Assembly: GCA_000708835.1 (NCBI GenBank)
Contig: DF236952.1
Span: forward strand, 186,001 to 250,000
Length of the DNA: 64,000 bases
Direction of reading: 5' to 3'
Source of the DNA: Klebsormidium nitens
Lineage: Eukaryota; Plantae; Klebsormidiophyceae
Part shown: positions 59,940 to 64,000 of the stretch, piece by piece
Numbering within the stretch: the first letter of the stretch is position 1
Layout: every line of letters begins with the position of its first letter
Notes under the pieces: model-generated
The model's database searches: none
Seen by the model: only the letters and a program-made list of their open reading frames with translations
What the model was told of the DNA's origin: nothing
Program-made: the position numbers and the translations under genes

Positions 59940-60690
59940 GCTGCAGCTTCGAAGCAGCTGCAAAGATACTTTGAAGACGTCTCACTCTGCCAAATAATCA
60001 GTTTCCCAATTTCAGTGACCTGCTTCAATTGACCTCTAAGAGTACCAAGGACTTCTCAGGGAAGTGGCTGCAGAAATGCGATGTGCCAGAGGTGGTGTGA
60101 AAAAGGCGATGCATACCTAAATGGAGCCTCCCTCGTCTTTCTGCAATCTGCATGCATGAAGATGGGAAATGCTTGCGCTCCCAGCTTCACCCAGCAGCCA
60201 GCTATGCTGGTTTCTCTCCTCCAATCTTGCATGCCCAGGCTCTTTTGCTTCAAATTTAATCGAAATTCTAGCTATTTTTCTCACAACCGGGCCGACGACT
60301 TGCCCGGTTCTACATGGGCTGCCTTTGCCATGCTTCAACTGCTCCAGAAATTAAAAGCAGGTCTGATGCAACTACGGTAAGATCGGGACAAAAGCCGGGC
60401 CCCAGCCGGAGCCCTCGGGCTTAGATTTGAAAAGAAAGCAGAGAATGTAGCTGCCCATCTAGAGTCTGGACTCTGCCAGAGTCCAGTGGCAGACGCTTCA
60501 AAATCCCTCTGCTCTGGCATCGTCGCATTCCAGTCTTTAATCCTTCATAGCGCTTAGTGAGCCTTGAGCTTGTTCGCTTGTCTAATGCTGAGCTCTGCAC
60601 GCATGCTTGTCTCCATTTGAAGGTTGGTTTCTCCCAGGTTTGAGGAGAACATTCCATCGACAGGGCTTGACGTGGTCCTGGCCGACAGAA

Positions 60691-61350
60691 ATGAGCAGCT
60701 CAGCGGCAGCATTGGCGGGCTTCAGGCATCTCTTGAGAGCCCAGCGGAAGTCCTTTGCTGGGGACAGCGTGATGCAGGCTGGGGCGGTGAAGGAGATACG
60801 GAGCCACTTTGAGAAGAACAGGGACGCAAGTGATCCAGAAGAAGTGCAAAAGCTTGTAGCTGGTTGTTATGATGCAGCAGACTTTCTGAGTACGTTTGTG
60901 GTGCAAGCGGAGCTTAACGACCGAGGGAACTACGGTCAGTTCTTGATCCTAGATAGAAGAGAACAGCTCTGTTACCTTCAGCCCTAGCTATTCATTGTGT
61001 TGGCAGCAATCTTGGTTACCACCAGGGTATTCGGTCCTTTTCAAAATTGTCAGTCCTTGGCATGATCCTGCAACGCTTGCTAAGCCCCAACTTGCCTGTT
61101 CGATTGTGTCTCGTGCGACAAGGCTGATCAGCGCTCCTTTTACCTTGAAGCACTGCTGTCGACTAGTATGTAAGGCCCTTGTACAGTATGGAGGAATGTA
61201 CTGTGAAAGAATTCTGCTCTTAGGAACTTCGAAAACTCAAAACAACAGCTTTCTTCTGCAGAAATGAAGTTGCAACCTGAACATGCTGAGAAGGTTGCAG
61301 AGGATGTTGGGACGGCTCCGACAATGCGGCCGCCGATAGTGAAGGGCTGA
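60691..61350 (+). CDS. LYRM7: LYR-motif protein, LYRM7/MZM1-like complex III Rieske assembly chaperone
   Basis: Exons 60691..60934 and 61262..61350 give MSSSAAALAGFRHLLRAQRKSFAGD..IRSHFEKNR..AADFLSTFVVQAELNDRGNYEMKLQPEH. The FRxLLR..F.GD LYR signature and the VVQA tail are typical of MZM1. Confidence 0.85.
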
Positions 61351-63114
61351 TGTGATCCAACAACAGGTGAATTCTCCTTGAGCACGGTTTGGTCTTACCT
61401 GAAGCACAAATCTCGTGCGCTTCGTTATTACCAACATGATTCTGTGTCCGGTTTGTCATGGAACGCCCATGACAGAACCTCACTCAATATCCATTTTATC
61501 AAATAGCAAATCGAGTCCGTGTGCAGCATTAGGAAAGATGCAAGGCGAAACTATGTGGATCTCAGATTGACTAGTGTTGGTAGACACACCTTTCCTTTGC
61601 CCTCTTGTAGAACCTGGTGCTGATAGAAGACGGAGAGGGGTCAAGGGCGTAAGCAGACCAGCAGAACTGGAGGATCACGGTAAGTCACCTTATGGGACAT
61701 TTGTTTAGGCACTTCGCCTTTTTCAGTTGCATTCTGCTACTCGAGAGAAATCTTCCTCTACATGCTGAGGGGACCTTGCGACCTACAGCCAAATACTTGG
61801 TGTTGTGGGTGCACTACTGCAGGACCTTACAGAAGCACATGATGGTCTCCAAGTGATGTCATACTCGATCTGGTTTGGCGAAGTAACATTACCTCAACAT
61901 ACCATTGCAGGGAATTTCACATAGTTCCCCACAACCAAGGCGCTGCACTCAACTACTCAACTGAGAATTTAAGCCATTGGTTCGCCGAAACAGAACAATA
62001 TCGATGCTTTGGATGACGCAGCCCGCATGCTCTCCTGTTTGTTTGATCCTGCGTCATTCCAGGTGCTCTATGATTCTTCGAGGGGTACACTTGCTGACTA
62101 TTGATATAAATAACAGATATCATGCTCTCCATTCACATCTACTCTCTGCACTCAAGAGGTTGATTTGACGGATACAGCTCCATATGATCTCCACTTTACT
62201 GATTATTGCATGCCACTTTTAACCTGCGTAGTATGTATTTGGCTGCTTCGGATCATGCACGCAAACTCCTCAAATGAAGAAGCTCTGGCATATATATATG
62301 GCCCTCCATATACAAGTATGAATGTCTATACTGAGCTATAGTGCATAACGTGACATACTTTCACGAGTCAATTGACTAACCATGCACCAATTCCCAACCG
62401 ACCGAGTAATTACATGCAATTGGTTCCTCTCCGGAAACATGTACCTAGTATGCATAAGCGCAGCTTGCATGGTGCAACTATAAGACCCCAGGCACACGCG
62501 TCTCAGATGTTGTGTGCTGGCCGCCCATGGCCGAAAAACGTAGGTGCACTCAATGACGCTCAGTACCCTGTTGCTCAGCTGTAGCATTAAAATGTTCTGG
62601 ACCTCCTTCGTTCTGTATTTTCACTACCAAAAACACCTTCCAATTGCAATCGTCTTATTGCAAACTTCTACTCAGTGACTGTGTTTCCTATATTACACTC
62701 CGGCAGCATGTTTGCGAACCAATTATCGAACCCTCCCCGCAACCCCACAGAATGTAACACTTTAGTGACAACCCCGCCCGCCCCCAAGCCTCCCAACTCC
62801 AACCAGTACAACAGATTGTACCCTTCTTGTCTTCACCCTCCCAACTCACATTGAGCTCCCCTCATGCACAAGCCCCCCAGCCCCCCCAAAAACCTTCAAA
62901 CTAGCTTCTTCTCGGCTATTGCATTCAGCCCCTCTATAAAGCACGTATATAGTTGTTCATACTAGTTTGCCAATGCTTTACCTGCTTCCTGAGCTCGAAA
63001 GAAGCGTTGCCACAAAGCCATAACGTGGACTTCGATCGCTCGAAACCCTGTCCTCGGATTGCTCCATCCAACTGCCATCAACCTAGTATGTCGCATGCAT
63101 GGAGAAGCATCTCC

Positions 63115-64000
63115 TCACTCGTTCTGCTCTCCCGTGAGGTGAGCGGGCCAGACGCCCGGGGCGACATATGTGTACCTGCACAAGATGCACGATAGACTTT
63201 GAAGGCGCCGGTCTGGAACACGTCACTGACCATTCGCTTGTCGCACCGATTCCTCACCTGTTGTCACCTATCGCCTTTTTTCGATCTAGCTTTGGAAACT
63301 GCCCGCTGCCCATGGCTGCAACTTGCCCAGATGGAGTCAAGGCTCGGATGTTGTTCTCTAGCATCGGTTTGAAACCTGATCAAACCGCCTCGCCTCAGGG
63401 GTATTCCAGAATCAAAGCCGGTCCTCGTTTCTCGCGTCGCAATGTTGGCGCTTGTCTACAGTGATCAGACTCCAGTTGCTCCCGTGCAGATTGCCTGCTG
63501 GCGCTGACGCGATGGGTTGGTAACCAAGCGCAAGACAGTCCTCACCCGACAAAGAGGGACCAGTGGCGGCCGCGCTTGGTTGTGGTCTCTTTTAAGCCGA
63601 GCACCTATTCAGATTCCAACTCTTACCAGATCCAAAACTGAACACTCACAGAGCTGTAAAACTTGCTTTGCTCACCCGACGAAGAAGTCGTCGTGGCGGC
63701 CGCCCTTGGGCGTGGTCGCTTTAAGCCGAGCACTTACTCAGACTCTAACCTACCAAATCCAAAACTGAACACCCACAAAACTGTAAAACTTGCGCTCACC
63801 CGACGAAGAAGTCGTCGTGGCGGCCGCCCTTGGGCGTTGTCCCGGGCGAGTCGAGCACCGGGAGCTTGGTGTACATCTCGTCGAAGTTGGCCGTGCACCG
63901 CTGGTCCACGACCGCGGGCCGGAATGGCGGCACCACCTGCCGCGCCTCCAGCTTGCGCCAGTTGATCGCCTTGAAGAACTTGTGGCCCTTGATCTCCGCC
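63115..64000 (-). CDS. S6K: AGC-family Ser/Thr kinase C-terminus, ribosomal S6 kinase-like; 5' part lies outside the window
   Basis: Exons >64000..63800 and 63175..63115 give EIKGHKFFKAINWRKLEARQVVPPFRP..CTANFDEMYT..DSPGTTP..FFVGYTYVAP, with turn motif and hydrophobic motif F-V-G-Y-T-Y. Confidence 0.88.
63535..63840 (-). repeat. Triple tandem repeat (124-130 bp) of S6K exon tail + donor
   Basis: AAGGGCGGCCGCCACGACGACTTCTTCGTCGG|gtgagc at donors 63799 (true) and 63675 (identical); a diverged third copy has its donor at 63545. Confidence 0.92.

Noticed and set aside
60300-60425. Site II (TGGGCY) elements in the ADH/LYRM7 promoter
   Set aside because: Only one clear hexamer, which is expected by chance.

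Overview
Intron-rich eukaryotic nuclear DNA. It is most likely a charophyte (streptophyte) alga such as Klebsormidium, inferred from a canonical plant phytochrome with 13 introns plus a nuclear HslV. Eleven spliced genes were reconstructed by hand: hslV (5'-truncated, +), a signal-anchored cyclophilin (+), SDH2 (-), cystathionine beta-lyase (+), phytochrome (+), a 44-aa two-exon microprotein missing from the ORF track (-), exocyst SEC8 (+), a U-box protein with four predicted TM helices (-), a HER2-like mitochondrial Zn-alcohol dehydrogenase (-), LYRM7/MZM1 (+) and the 3' end of an S6 kinase (-). The strongest unexplained structure is a window-wide pattern of 'exon-edge echoes'. At least 13 introns in CBL, PHY, SEC8 and S6K carry tandem copies of a splice site plus the adjoining exon edge, always with the same polarity: acceptor+exon head upstream of the exon, exon tail+donor downstream. 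The youngest array can be read as 30-nt in-frame micro-exons separated by 44-nt mini-introns. There are also small TIR-type elements in introns and three head-to-head gene pairs with nearly equal spacing. No rRNA, tRNA or CRISPR was found. All exon coordinates are manual and have no transcript support.
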